Part shown: piece by piece, positions 1-9,138 of the stretch | Layout: every line of letters starts with the position of its first letter | How positions within the stretch are numbered: position 1 is the first letter of the stretch | Assembly (NCBI GenBank): GCA_963765495.1 | Contig: CAVXWP010000016.1 | Location: 339,216-403,215, forward strand | Source: Blastocatellia bacterium | GTDB taxonomy: Bacteria; Acidobacteriota; Blastocatellia; UBA7656 | Reading direction: 5' to 3' | DNA length: 64,000 bases | Notes under the pieces: generated by a model | What the model saw: only the letters and a program-made list of their open reading frames with translations | Told to the model about the DNA's origin: nothing | Databases searched by the model: none | Made by a program: the position numbers and the translations under genes

Positions 1-1101
1 GACCGTGTGGGCGGGCATCTCACACAGATGCGCGAGCACGGCCACGGTCAGCACCATAAGTATCGAAGCGCTTGCGACATACTCGGGGCCCATCCACAAA
101 CTTATAAAACGGTCTCCCATCACAAAGAAGACCGAGGCCACGGGCAGGGCTACGAGCAGCATGTACTTTGTGCAGATAGCGAGCATATCTTTTAGCCCCG
201 CCTGATCGTTGCGCGCGTCCAGATCGGAGGCGGTCGGCGTGAGCACGCCCATCGTCTCGGATACCTGAAGCAGATAGGTCACAAGGCGGTTGGCTATCGA
301 ATAGAGCGTGACCGCCGCGACCGGGAGGAAAATTCCTATCACTATCGCGTCGGTGTAAAAGATCATCTTCTTGCCCACGCTCATCAAGAAAGCGTAGACG
401 CTATAGCCAAACAGGCGGCCGAGTTCTCGCCTGTCAAGATACTCTCGGGCAATTCGCAGATCGGGGTTCAAGCGATAGACCTTCAGAATCAGATAAGCCA
501 GCCTCGCCATATCAAAGACAAACGTAACGAGCGCGAGCGCGAGTATGCCGTAACCGTTCAGGATCAGACCGACAATCAGCAGACTCCGCACAAGGATGTT
601 TAGGGTAGTGACGGCCGAATCCACTTCATATCGCTGGTATCCGCGCAGCACTCCTACAAAGACCGAAGCGGGAAAAGTGATGGCGAGATTGAGGCCGACA
701 AGCAGCACAACCGAGGCGGCGATGTTGTCTGCAAGCGGGGTGTTGAACATCCTGTTGAATAGAGACGCGACCGCTATGCTTGCGCCAAGAGCCACAACTC
801 CCATGAAGGAATAGACGGCAAGCCCGCCCGTTACTACCCGATTTATGGCTTCTTTATCGCCACGCGCCCGGTACTCGGCCACATACTTGACCGTTGATTG
901 AGTGATGCCAAAGTCGAGCAGCCCAAGATAGCCCACAAGCGACCCCACAAGCACCCACACGCCGTAAACGGAATCTCCCAGATGGCGTACGAGAAACGGC
1001 GACATCAAAAAGCCGGTCAGTATGGTCGCGGCAAACGCAACCCAGTTCATAAGGACGTTTTTGACGATCTGCCGTGAGCGTTGCTCGCTGTCTTGTCGCA
1101 C
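1..1101 (-). CDS. Wzx-type oligosaccharide flippase (runs off the left edge)
   Basis: Manual minus-strand translation from GTG at 1101 (overlapping the GT2 TAG): VRQDSEQRSRQIVKNVLMNWVAFAATILTGFLMSPFLVRHLGDSVYGVWVLVGSLVGYLGLLDFGITQSTVKYVAEY, a typical flippase N-terminus; not in the ORF track because its stop is outside the window. Confidence 0.85.
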   Translation of the reverse strand, partial: MRQDSEQRSRQIVKNVLMNWVAFAATILTGFLMSPFLVRHLGDSVYGVWVLVGSLVGYLGLLDFGITQSTVKYVAEYRARGDKEAINRVVTGGLAVYSFMGVVALGASIAVASLFNRMFNTPLADNIAASVVLLVGLNLAITFPASVFVGVLRGYQRYEVDSAVTTLNILVRSLLIVGLILNGYGILALALVTFVFDMARLAYLILKVYRLNPDLRIAREYLDRRELGRLFGYSVYAFLMSVGKKMIFYTDAIVIGIFLPVAAVTLYSIANRLVTYLLQVSETMGVLTPTASDLDARNDQAGLKDMLAICTKYMLLVALPVASVFFVMGDRFISLWMGPEYVASASILMVLTVAVLAHLCEMPAHTV

Positions 1102-2078
1102 TATGTACCTGCCTCGTTCGATAGCTGGATTGCGCTTCTCCGACGCTTACGAATCGCGAGTATCGATTTGCGCAGTTGCGGGGGCAATGAAGAGACGGCC
1201 AGAAAGAGCCAGGCTTCGGCGACAAGGGGGGAGCGCCGAAGGGATTTGAGCAAAATCCGCCTTGCGGCGGCAAATTCCTGGCGGCTGAAATGATACTTTC
1301 CAAATCTAAGGTATATCTGCCCGATCAATTTTCGCGTGGGTATTTGTCGGTCGGGAAACATTTCGGCGATCTTATTGAGATTCCACACCTCGTCGTGGCA
1401 CATCTGTTCGAGGTTCTCGGAGAGGTTTCCGCCGTGGTCGCGTTTGTGAACGACTACCTTATTTACAAACCCGAATTTGTATCTGCTCGCAAGCCGCAGA
1501 AACAGATTATAATCTTCGGCCCCGATGAGCGTTTCATCAAAAACACCTATCTGCTCCAGACATTTTCGCCTGATCATGACCGAGGACATGCAGATGAAAT
1601 GATCGGTCAACAACTTGTCGAACACGTTTCCGGTAGAGATGACAAACTGATCTTTGAGGCTCTTTCGAGTGATGCCGGTTTCATCAAAGATGGCATCGTC
1701 TGTAAAGACGACCCCAAACTCAGGATGCTCATTCATCCTGCTGATCTGCAACTCAAGCTTGTCAGGCATCCACAGATCATCGGCATCAAGAAAAGCAATA
1801 AACTCTCCCCGGGCTTCGCTGATTCCAAGATTGCGAGCGGCGGCCGGTCCTCCGTTCTCCTTCTTGATGTAGCGAATCTGGCCGAGATAAGGGGCAATCG
1901 CTTGCTCGGTATTATCGGTAGAGCCGTCGTCTACGACGAGGATTTCAAAATCGCGGAAGGTTTGATTGAGCACGCATTCGAGCGATTCGGGCAGAAAACG
2001 CGCGCTGTTGTAGGTCGGAATGATGACGGTGACTGATGGGGCCGCAGCAATTGTGATCTCTTTATTACCTGACTGCAT
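1101..2078 (-). CDS. Glycosyltransferase family 2
   Basis: VTVIIPTYN, VVDDGSTD, GPAAARNLG, FLDADD and ED motifs. Confidence 0.95.
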   Translation of the reverse strand: MQSGNKEITIAAAPSVTVIIPTYNSARFLPESLECVLNQTFRDFEILVVDDGSTDNTEQAIAPYLGQIRYIKKENGGPAAARNLGISEARGEFIAFLDADDLWMPDKLELQISRMNEHPEFGVVFTDDAIFDETGITRKSLKDQFVISTGNVFDKLLTDHFICMSSVMIRRKCLEQIGVFDETLIGAEDYNLFLRLASRYKFGFVNKVVVHKRDHGGNLSENLEQMCHDEVWNLNKIAEMFPDRQIPTRKLIGQIYLRFGKYHFSRQEFAAARRILLKSLRRSPLVAEAWLFLAVSSLPPQLRKSILAIRKRRRSAIQLSNEAGT

Positions 2079-2204
2079 CCCTAAATCATCCTCTCAATAA
2101 TGATTGCCTACAGAATTACTCACAAAACCCTCCTTAATCAATAAATGCCGAATGTTGCGCGTCTTCCAAGAATTTTGACAGGATTTCTTGCGCGTGAGGC
2201 GCTC

Positions 2205-2295
2205 AATGATGCGTGATGCGTGATCCGCGATTAACCAGGCTTGCAAGTTGTCTTTACCAAGCGGCCTGTCTGAAAGTCACGCATCACGCATCATT
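2205..2295. repeat. Palindromic heptamer-armed element, family A (GTGATGC arms)
   Basis: aatgatgcgtgatgcgtga ... tcacgcatcacgcatcatt inverted arms; core GCTTGCAAGTTG...CTGAAAGTC shared with other copies. Confidence 0.85.
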
Positions 2296-3251
2296 CAGCA
2301 GATAGTATCGTTCGGGCACTCCCTGTGCCGTGCGGCAGGTTTATACTGCCCCATTACGATCCCGAAAAGGATAAACCCAGCGCCAAGTATCACGGGCATT
2401 CTGAGGGGCTCGCCCAGGATAAAGGTCGCAAGCGTGAGGCTCACGATAAGCTCGAATGTGCCGATCTGCGAGGCTTCGGCGCTGCCGAGTTTCTCAAGCC
2501 CCGAAAAGAAAGAGAGCAATGCCACGACGGTCGAGATAATCGCTATCGAAAAGACCATCAGCCAGCCCCAGGTAGTCACCCCGTGCAGTTGGGAAATCAC
2601 CGGGCCGCCCATGAACCAGAACCCGATTGCGGCAAAACTGGTCACATAGAGCGCGACTGTCTGAGGCCGGAGGTTTTGCAGCAACCGGCGGCTTGCGACT
2701 ACATAGGCCGCATACCAGGCGGCTCCCCCAAGGGCCAGCAACATCCCCACGGTCAGGTTTCCGGCTGTCGCGCCTAATGCGCCCAACGAGATTCCAACCA
2801 GTATCACCGCGCCGCCGAGCATCAGTTGCGCATCAGGCCGTTTGCGGCTCACAGCCCATTCCAGAACCATCGCAAAGACCGGATAGCTGAAAAAGAGCAT
2901 ACCCGCGATTGAAGCCGGGGTGGTTTCAAAAGCCTTGAAGACCAGGCTTGAAAATATGCCGTAACCCGCAAGCCCAAGCGCCGCACACGTAGCCAGTTCC
3001 TTTCGACCTATGCGAACCACGTCGCGCTTGAAGATTGAAAAATATGTCCACAGCGCAATCGCCGCCACAAGAAATCTCAGCGCCAGAAGCATGGGCGCGT
3101 GGACCCCCTCGGCATAAGCGAATTTGGCAAATGTGCTGATCGCGCCAAACGACAGCGCGGAAAGCAATACCTGCGCCCGGCCCACAAATCGCTCATTTGA
3201 GCCGAGTGACAGTATATTCTCTGTTTTGTTTAAGATTGTTTCTCTCATCAA
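2295..3251 (-). CDS. DMT/EamA family transporter
   Basis: About 10 hydrophobic segments in two EamA repeats; LLALRF and LATFILGE motifs. Confidence 0.9.
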   Translation of the reverse strand: MMRETILNKTENILSLGSNERFVGRAQVLLSALSFGAISTFAKFAYAEGVHAPMLLALRFLVAAIALWTYFSIFKRDVVRIGRKELATCAALGLAGYGIFSSLVFKAFETTPASIAGMLFFSYPVFAMVLEWAVSRKRPDAQLMLGGAVILVGISLGALGATAGNLTVGMLLALGGAAWYAAYVVASRRLLQNLRPQTVALYVTSFAAIGFWFMGGPVISQLHGVTTWGWLMVFSIAIISTVVALLSFFSGLEKLGSAEASQIGTFELIVSLTLATFILGEPLRMPVILGAGFILFGIVMGQYKPAARHRECPNDTIC

Positions 3252-3337
3252 ATTTTCCCCTTCTCGTTACAGGTAGTATTTTCAGGCAAGCCGTCACACC
3301 CGACAACGGGCGAAGGAACCAGCCCGGAGACATATTT

Positions 3338-3354
3338 TTGTGCCGGTGGCACAA
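3338..3354. promoter_or_regulatory. Putative PucR/CdaR-family operator TTGTGC-N5-GCACAA
   Basis: Palindrome ttgtgccggtggcacaa about 87 bp upstream of the EamA start, next to a PucR-family gene; resembles the B. subtilis PutR box TTGTGG-N5-CCACAA. Confidence 0.6.
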
Positions 3355-3392
3355 GCCGGTTAAATGTTTATAAATAAGGGGTTAAATTGATT

Positions 3393-4577
3393 TCAGGCGG
3401 TAATTCGGTTACGCGCCTCGCGCAGTTTTCGCACCCTGAAGGCCAGTTGGAGGTTTAGGCGGACTTCCGGGTTGTCGAGGTCACGACCAAGCAGGCTTGT
3501 TATGTGTTCGAGCTGATAAGTGATCGTGTTGCGATGCAATTCGAGCTTTCGCGCCGTGGCGCGCAGGTTTCCGTTTAATTCCAGAAATGTTTCAAGCGTG
3601 GTCATCCAGTCGGTCTGCTGTTCGCGGTCGTGACGGATGAGAGCGTTCAAAAAATAATCCTCAAATCGGTCAAGCTCGCCCTGATCCTCTATGCGGAGCA
3701 ACAATTGCCAGACTCCCAGATCGTTATGGTGCGAAACCACTCTGCCGTCGTCTGTGAGGCTCGAAATGAATAGCGCCTCCTGAGCTTCGCGATAGCTCTT
3801 CGGAAAATCCGAAAGCTTTCTTGCCAGCCGGCCTACGCCTACGCGGAGACGATGCCCGGATGCGCCTTCAAGAGACTCTTCAAGCGCCCGCGAGAATGGA
3901 ACCGCTGATTGTTCGTCGAAGCCGAGCGGGAAAATAGCCAGAACCCAGTTTGGCTTTGCGCTTATCATAGCCCGGCGCGGCGCGCGGTTGAGCAATGATG
4001 TGATGTTGCGGGCATCCTCTTCGGTCAGTTTTTGCGCGACATCCGCTCCGGCCTGTTGCGCAAGGACCAGCGCGTGATGCTGGTCAAGCTTCAATCCAAG
4101 CTCGCTCAGCCGCGCGCTCACTTCATCGCTTTCGGGCAGATTGCCTGCAAGCAACGCATCTATCAGATAATCTCTTTCCGCGCCCGGAGACTTCGCCGCC
4201 ATTCGCCTGAGTATCGCCTCAGTCACCTCGACAAATGCGGTCGTACGCGGGAGTTCGACAAGCGGCAGGTTGTACTGGTCGGCTATCGAGCGCATTTCGG
4301 GGGTGGTCTGCGGCAGATATTCTTCTATGGTAACAAAGACGGCGGCGACCTTTTTTTCAACCGCCTCGCGCATATACTTTATCTGCGCCTCGGTGTTGCC
4401 ATAGATACCCAGACCGGATGTTATCAGCACTTCTCCGCCCTTGACCCACTCGGCCACATCAGGATGATCTATGATGTGCATCCAGCGAATAGGGTTATCC
4501 AGCCCGCCCGCGCCTGCCACAACCTTCGCGTCTTTCAGCACGTTTAACGCCAGCGCCTCTCTAACGGTCAAACTCAT
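3393..4577 (-). CDS. PucR family transcriptional regulator
   Basis: N-terminal PucR ligand domain (VVAGAGGLDNPIRWMHI..GGEVLITSG) and C-terminal HTH (TLETFLELNGNLRATARKLELHRNTITY). Confidence 0.92.
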   Translation of the reverse strand: MSLTVREALALNVLKDAKVVAGAGGLDNPIRWMHIIDHPDVAEWVKGGEVLITSGLGIYGNTEAQIKYMREAVEKKVAAVFVTIEEYLPQTTPEMRSIADQYNLPLVELPRTTAFVEVTEAILRRMAAKSPGAERDYLIDALLAGNLPESDEVSARLSELGLKLDQHHALVLAQQAGADVAQKLTEEDARNITSLLNRAPRRAMISAKPNWVLAIFPLGFDEQSAVPFSRALEESLEGASGHRLRVGVGRLARKLSDFPKSYREAQEALFISSLTDDGRVVSHHNDLGVWQLLLRIEDQGELDRFEDYFLNALIRHDREQQTDWMTTLETFLELNGNLRATARKLELHRNTITYQLEHITSLLGRDLDNPEVRLNLQLAFRVRKLREARNRITA

Positions 4578-4647
4578 GCCGTGTATTATGCCTAGCCGCT
4601 TGAAGCGGTGACAACATTATTGCAAAGGGAATTTGAACGGTCGTGTG

Positions 4648-5175
4648 TTACCGGATGCGGTCTTTTACCATGAGATACCCATCGTCGCCGCTAGTGTAGT
4701 AACGCGGCATGCGGCGTATGATTTTATAGCCGAGATCGAAATATAGTTTCTGAGCCGCGTCATTCGAGGTGCGGACTTCCAGACGCACTGTGTTTACGCC
4801 CCTGTCTGAAAAGCCTCGCTCGACGGCATGCATCAGGCGGCGGCCGTGGCCGCGACGACGATGATCGGGGCTTACGCCGAGTGCTACGACGTGGCCCGTG
4901 TTGTCAGGCTCGATCATACCTACTACGAAAGCAATCATCATGCTTGATGGGGTGACAACCTTGTAACAGACCGCCTGGTTGTGCGAGAGCAGATATCGGA
5001 TAGTCTCGCGGTCGTAAGCCTCGCCGTCGGAAAAACACCGCTGATCGAGCCGCCAGCATTCGTTAAGGTCGTTGTAGCTCATTACCATCACGACATGCTC
5101 GGGTATTATCGGCATCTGGGAATCGTTTTGATCGTTTTTGCCTTTTCGTCGTCTAGGCCACATTTCTCGGTCCAT
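4648..5175 (-). CDS. RimI-like GNAT N-acetyltransferase
   Basis: LGVSPDHRRRGHGRRLM acetyl-CoA motif, LEVRTSNDAAQKLY, YY..GDDGYLM. Confidence 0.88.
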   Translation of the reverse strand: MDREMWPRRRKGKNDQNDSQMPIIPEHVVMVMSYNDLNECWRLDQRCFSDGEAYDRETIRYLLSHNQAVCYKVVTPSSMMIAFVVGMIEPDNTGHVVALGVSPDHRRRGHGRRLMHAVERGFSDRGVNTVRLEVRTSNDAAQKLYFDLGYKIIRRMPRYYTSGDDGYLMVKDRIR

Positions 5176-5400
5176 ACTTCGGAGCCACTTTGAACTCTGT
5201 CAACCATCGAAAACCATAAATAAAAAACCAGAGCATAAGCGTCTGGGAGACGATCCTTCCGTATTATACGACATAATAGCCACAGGCGCACCAATCGTTT
5301 TTTTTCTTCGGTTCCGGCCGAATCACTCACGCTAGACAAAGCCGCGAAAGCACTGATAAAATTTGCAGCTTTGAAAACGGACGAAAAAGACGACCTCCAA

Positions 5401-5838
5401 ATGGTGAACTCGGGCAACAAAATGATGGCCGTCAATCAGGCGGATTTTACAAACCCGGCGGATGTCGAGCGTCGTGTCTGGCGCAACATTTTCATCGTGT
5501 TAACCGTGGGGGTGCTCGTATCGGCTATCTTTGCAAGATTGAATTTCACGCTCGGGACGGTGCTTGGCGGCGCGCTCGCGCTCTTCAACTACAAATGGCT
5601 GCACGCTTCGCTCCGGGGCATTATGGGCGTGGGAAGCGAAAAGACCCCGCCCGGCACTACCATGAAATTTATTTTTCGCTGGTTTGTGATCGGGGCGGTG
5701 ATTTACGCGGCAAGCCAGACGGGTCGTTTCGATTCGGCCGCGATGCTTGCGGCTTTGTTTGCGCCAGCAGTTGCGATAATGATAGAAGCCTTTTACGTTA
5801 CTTTTAAAACCATAGCTCAGGATCACGGAGAACGATAA
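5401..5838 (+). CDS. atpI: ATP synthase subunit I-like membrane protein
   Basis: Four-TM protein immediately upstream of atpB; start codon uncertain (5371/5401/5422). Confidence 0.75.
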   Translation: MVNSGNKMMAVNQADFTNPADVERRVWRNIFIVLTVGVLVSAIFARLNFTLGTVLGGALALFNYKWLHASLRGIMGVGSEKTPPGTTMKFIFRWFVIGAVIYAASQTGRFDSAAMLAALFAPAVAIMIEAFYVTFKTIAQDHGER

Positions 5839-5841
5839 CAA

Positions 5842-6732
5842 ATGCTAGCTCTGATTACGGCACTTTTACAGGAAGGGCACGAGGCAGAAGGCTCGGAACA
5901 TACGGCCGCGCACGCCGAGCCCTGGATTGTCGAGCAGATCAATCAAATTTTTGGCCCGATTGTGCTCAACATCGAGCGAGCCATAATGCCTTCGATTTAT
6001 GGGCTCTTCGGCAAGCACTGGAGCGAACCCGCGCCTGGCGCGATGGTAATCCCAGAGCAGGTTATCTGGGTCATCCTCTTGATGATCGTCTGCACCATAG
6101 GCGTTTTATTGCTGCGGGGCCGACTCTCGGTCGATCGCCCCTCCAAAGGACAGCAGGTGCTTGAGGTCGTCGTAGAACAGATCAACGATTTGCTTGAACA
6201 GGTCATAGGCCCGTACGGCCGCCGTTATTTGCCCGTGATCGGCTCGCTCGCCATCTTCATCCTGATAGGAAACCTGATGGGCCTGGTGCCGGGGCTCGGG
6301 GCGGCGACCGACAATATCAATGTGACGGGCGCGCTCGGCCTCACATCATTTGTTTATTACATCTCGAGCGGGTTTCGTCAGCAGGGAATCGGTTATCTCA
6401 AACACTTCACAGGCGGACTGACGGGCGCGCTGCTGCCGACGCTCGGCATACTTATCTTCTTCGTCGAGATCATTTCCAACAGCGTGCGCCCGGTTACGCT
6501 CTCGCTCCGATTGTTTGTGAACATGTTTGCCGATCATCAGATCGCGGGCGTATTTCTTAACCTCGCGCCGTGGCTGATTCCCATATTTACGATTGTGCTG
6601 GGCGTTTTCGTATCCTTTGTGCAGACATTCATATTCATAATGCTTTCGATGGTCTACCTGTCGGAGACCGTGCCCCACGAAGAACACGACACCGGAGGGC
6701 ACGGTCACGAAGCAGTAGCCGAAGCGCATTGA
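5842..6732 (+). CDS. atpB: F0F1 ATP synthase subunit a
   Basis: EIISNSVRPVTLSLRLFVNM (essential Arg), QTFIFIMLSMVYL, NLMGLVPG. Confidence 0.97.
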   Translation: MLALITALLQEGHEAEGSEHTAAHAEPWIVEQINQIFGPIVLNIERAIMPSIYGLFGKHWSEPAPGAMVIPEQVIWVILLMIVCTIGVLLLRGRLSVDRPSKGQQVLEVVVEQINDLLEQVIGPYGRRYLPVIGSLAIFILIGNLMGLVPGLGAATDNINVTGALGLTSFVYYISSGFRQQGIGYLKHFTGGLTGALLPTLGILIFFVEIISNSVRPVTLSLRLFVNMFADHQIAGVFLNLAPWLIPIFTIVLGVFVSFVQTFIFIMLSMVYLSETVPHEEHDTGGHGHEAVAEAH

Positions 6733-7038
6733 GATTTGGCTTTATCCGTACCCGTCGTTTGAAGAGGTTGAGAGCGGGGCCCTTTCATAGAAGTTGGCAG
6801 CACGCGTCGCTGGAGCCTTGCAGTACTAGGAGCAAGCGTATACCGGACTCGTGGAAATAATACTAAGGCTCGACTGTCACACCTCTTCTTGTCATTAACC
6901 TCCGGGCGCGATTTGAGCAAAAATGATCGAGATAATTTATCGAATAATTACTATCTCGTTCGGCCTTGCTCAAAGTCGGCAGCCCGCATAACGCAAAGGT
7001 CGGCTTCCGACCTGTCAGATATTTGAGGAGGAACAGTT

Positions 7039-7362
7039 ATGTTCAGAGTCAAAATGTTTTTGATGTCGGCGATGATGATGTTGCTCGTCGTCGCGACCGC
7101 GTCGGCACAGACAGAAGGCGGAGCCGCCACGAGCGGCGGCGGCTCGTGGTTTATACCTAACGACATCGCGTTTGCCGTGGCGATTGCCGCCTTTGGCGGG
7201 GCGCTCGGCGATGGTAAGGCAATTGCCGCGGCTTGCGAAGGCACTGCGCGCAATCCCGGCGCTGGCGGACGTATTTTCACGATGCTGCTTCTGGGCCTCG
7301 CGCTTATCGAAACGCTCGTGCTCTTTACGTTCCTGACGCTGTTTATCAAGCCGGCCCGCTAA
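7039..7362 (+). CDS. atpE: F0F1 ATP synthase subunit c with N-terminal signal-like extension
   Basis: GGALGDG, ARNP loop, LALIETL; SD GAGGAGG upstream. Confidence 0.95.
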   Translation: MFRVKMFLMSAMMMLLVVATASAQTEGGAATSGGGSWFIPNDIAFAVAIAAFGGALGDGKAIAAACEGTARNPGAGGRIFTMLLLGLALIETLVLFTFLTLFIKPAR

Positions 7363-7385
7363 GTCTCCGGCGTAGGGAACTCGCA

Positions 7386-7419
7386 AAGGGAGGCTTCCGG
7401 GCCTCCCTTCTTATTTTTA
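7386..7419 (+). terminator. Rho-independent terminator after atpE
   Basis: aagggaggc-ttccgg-gcctccctt stem-loop followed by cttattttt. Confidence 0.8.
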
Positions 7420-7476
7420 TCCGGTGGCGATAAACTATCTGGTGAGTTTTATAAAATCCTCGATGGAGGCGCTGCT

Positions 7477-9003
7477 ATGCAATCATTTCAAAACAGCATG
7501 ATCGAGTTGATCACGACGACCTCAACCAACCTGCCCCCGGATGTGCGGCAGGCGATGGCCCGCGCGGTAGGCGAAGAGTCTGCCGGGTCGCGCGCGGGGA
7601 CGGCGCTTGCGGTCATCGCAACAAATATTGATATGGCCTGTGACACGGAAGGCCCGATCTGCCAGGACACCGGAATGCCTACCTTTGAGATCAAGACCCC
7701 GGTGGGCGCAAATCAGATCGTGATGGAGCGCGAGATACGCGAGGCCATAACCGAAGCCACCCGACGCGGCAAGCTGCGACCCAATTCGGTCGATTCGATC
7801 ACAGGCGAAAACTCGGGCAATAATCTCGGACCCGGCACGCCCGTCATCCATTTTCATCAGTGGGAGAACGATGATGAAATCGAAGTAAAACTGCTGCTCA
7901 AAGGCGGCGGATGCGAAAACAAAAACATCCAGTACGCTCTGCCCGCCGAACTTCCTCATCTTGGACGCGCGGGCCGCGACCTCGACGGTGTTCGCAAGTG
8001 CATACTCCACGCCGTGTGGCAGGCTCAGGGACAGGGGTGCAGCGCGGGCGCTATCGGCGTATCGATCGGCGGGGACCGAACATCCGGCTACCAGCACGCC
8101 AAAGAGCAACTCTTTCGCACGCTCGACGACACAAATCCCGATCCCCGTCTCGCCGAACTCGAAGATTACGTTATGCAGGCGGCCAACACGCTCCAGATCG
8201 GCACCATGGGGTTTGGCGGCGGCGTGACCCTGATAGGCTGCAAAATCGGCGCGCTCAATCGCCTGCCCGCAAGCTTCTTTGTATCCGTAGCCTATGATTG
8301 CTGGGCTTTCAGACGTCTCGGCGTGATCCTGGATCGAAAGACGGGCGAGATCAAAAGATGGCTCTACCGCGACGAAGCCAAAGCGACGACGGCGATGTCT
8401 TCGGGCGAAGGATTTCGATTAACCGGAAATGAAAAGCCGCTCACTGCGCCGATAACCGAAGAGCAGATTCGCTCGCTCAAGGTAGGCGATGTCGTGCTCA
8501 TATCAGGCGAGATGTATACGGGACGCGACGCCGTGCATTCGTATCTGATGAAGCACGAACCGCCGGTCAATCTGGACGGATCAGTGCTCTATCACTGCGG
8601 CCCTGTGGTGATGAAAAATAACGGGAGTTACAAGATCACCGCCGCAGGCCCCACGACCAGCATCCGGGAAGAACCATATCAAGCAGACATCATAAAGCGA
8701 TACGGCATCCGCGCCGTGATGGGCAAAGGAGGCATGGGCAAGCGCACGCTCGAAGGGATGAAGGAAGCGGGCGCGGTCTATTTAAACGCCATAGGCGGGG
8801 CGGCGCAATATTATGCCCGATGCATAGAAGAAGTGCTCGACGTAAACCTCCTGGAGTTCGGCATCCCGGAGGCGATGTGGCATCTGCGCGTGAAAGACTT
8901 CCCTGCCATCGTCACAATGGACTCACACGGCAACTCGCTGCACGCAGATGTAGAGCAGGCCTCTTCCGTCATGCTTGCGCGGCTGGCCGAAACCGTATTT
9001 TGA
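7477..9003 (+). CDS. Class I (Fe-S) fumarate hydratase, fused alpha/beta
   Basis: PICQDTG, KGGGCEN, GRDAVH, AGPTTS, MGKGG, MDSHGNSL motifs. Confidence 0.93.
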   Translation: MQSFQNSMIELITTTSTNLPPDVRQAMARAVGEESAGSRAGTALAVIATNIDMACDTEGPICQDTGMPTFEIKTPVGANQIVMEREIREAITEATRRGKLRPNSVDSITGENSGNNLGPGTPVIHFHQWENDDEIEVKLLLKGGGCENKNIQYALPAELPHLGRAGRDLDGVRKCILHAVWQAQGQGCSAGAIGVSIGGDRTSGYQHAKEQLFRTLDDTNPDPRLAELEDYVMQAANTLQIGTMGFGGGVTLIGCKIGALNRLPASFFVSVAYDCWAFRRLGVILDRKTGEIKRWLYRDEAKATTAMSSGEGFRLTGNEKPLTAPITEEQIRSLKVGDVVLISGEMYTGRDAVHSYLMKHEPPVNLDGSVLYHCGPVVMKNNGSYKITAAGPTTSIREEPYQADIIKRYGIRAVMGKGGMGKRTLEGMKEAGAVYLNAIGGAAQYYARCIEEVLDVNLLEFGIPEAMWHLRVKDFPAIVTMDSHGNSLHADVEQASSVMLARLAETVF

Positions 9004-9138
9004 GGGATGATCGAAGGGATGAGGGATGAGGGATGAGGGATGAAAAGGACTCTGGGGAAACACTCTGATTAATGCGGTTGAACATATGAGCGAAATCTAC
9101 CCTGACAGTCCTTTTCATCCCTCATCCCTCATCCCTCA
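9001..9138. repeat. Palindromic heptamer-armed element, family B (GGGATGA arms)
   Basis: (gggatga)n-aaaggact ... agtcctttt-(catccct)n between convergent genes. Confidence 0.9.

Noticed and set aside
854-1303. 149-aa minus-strand ORF and small plus-strand ORFs in 1-1300
   Set aside because: Off-frame or antisense shadows of the flippase and GT2 genes; no recognisable motifs
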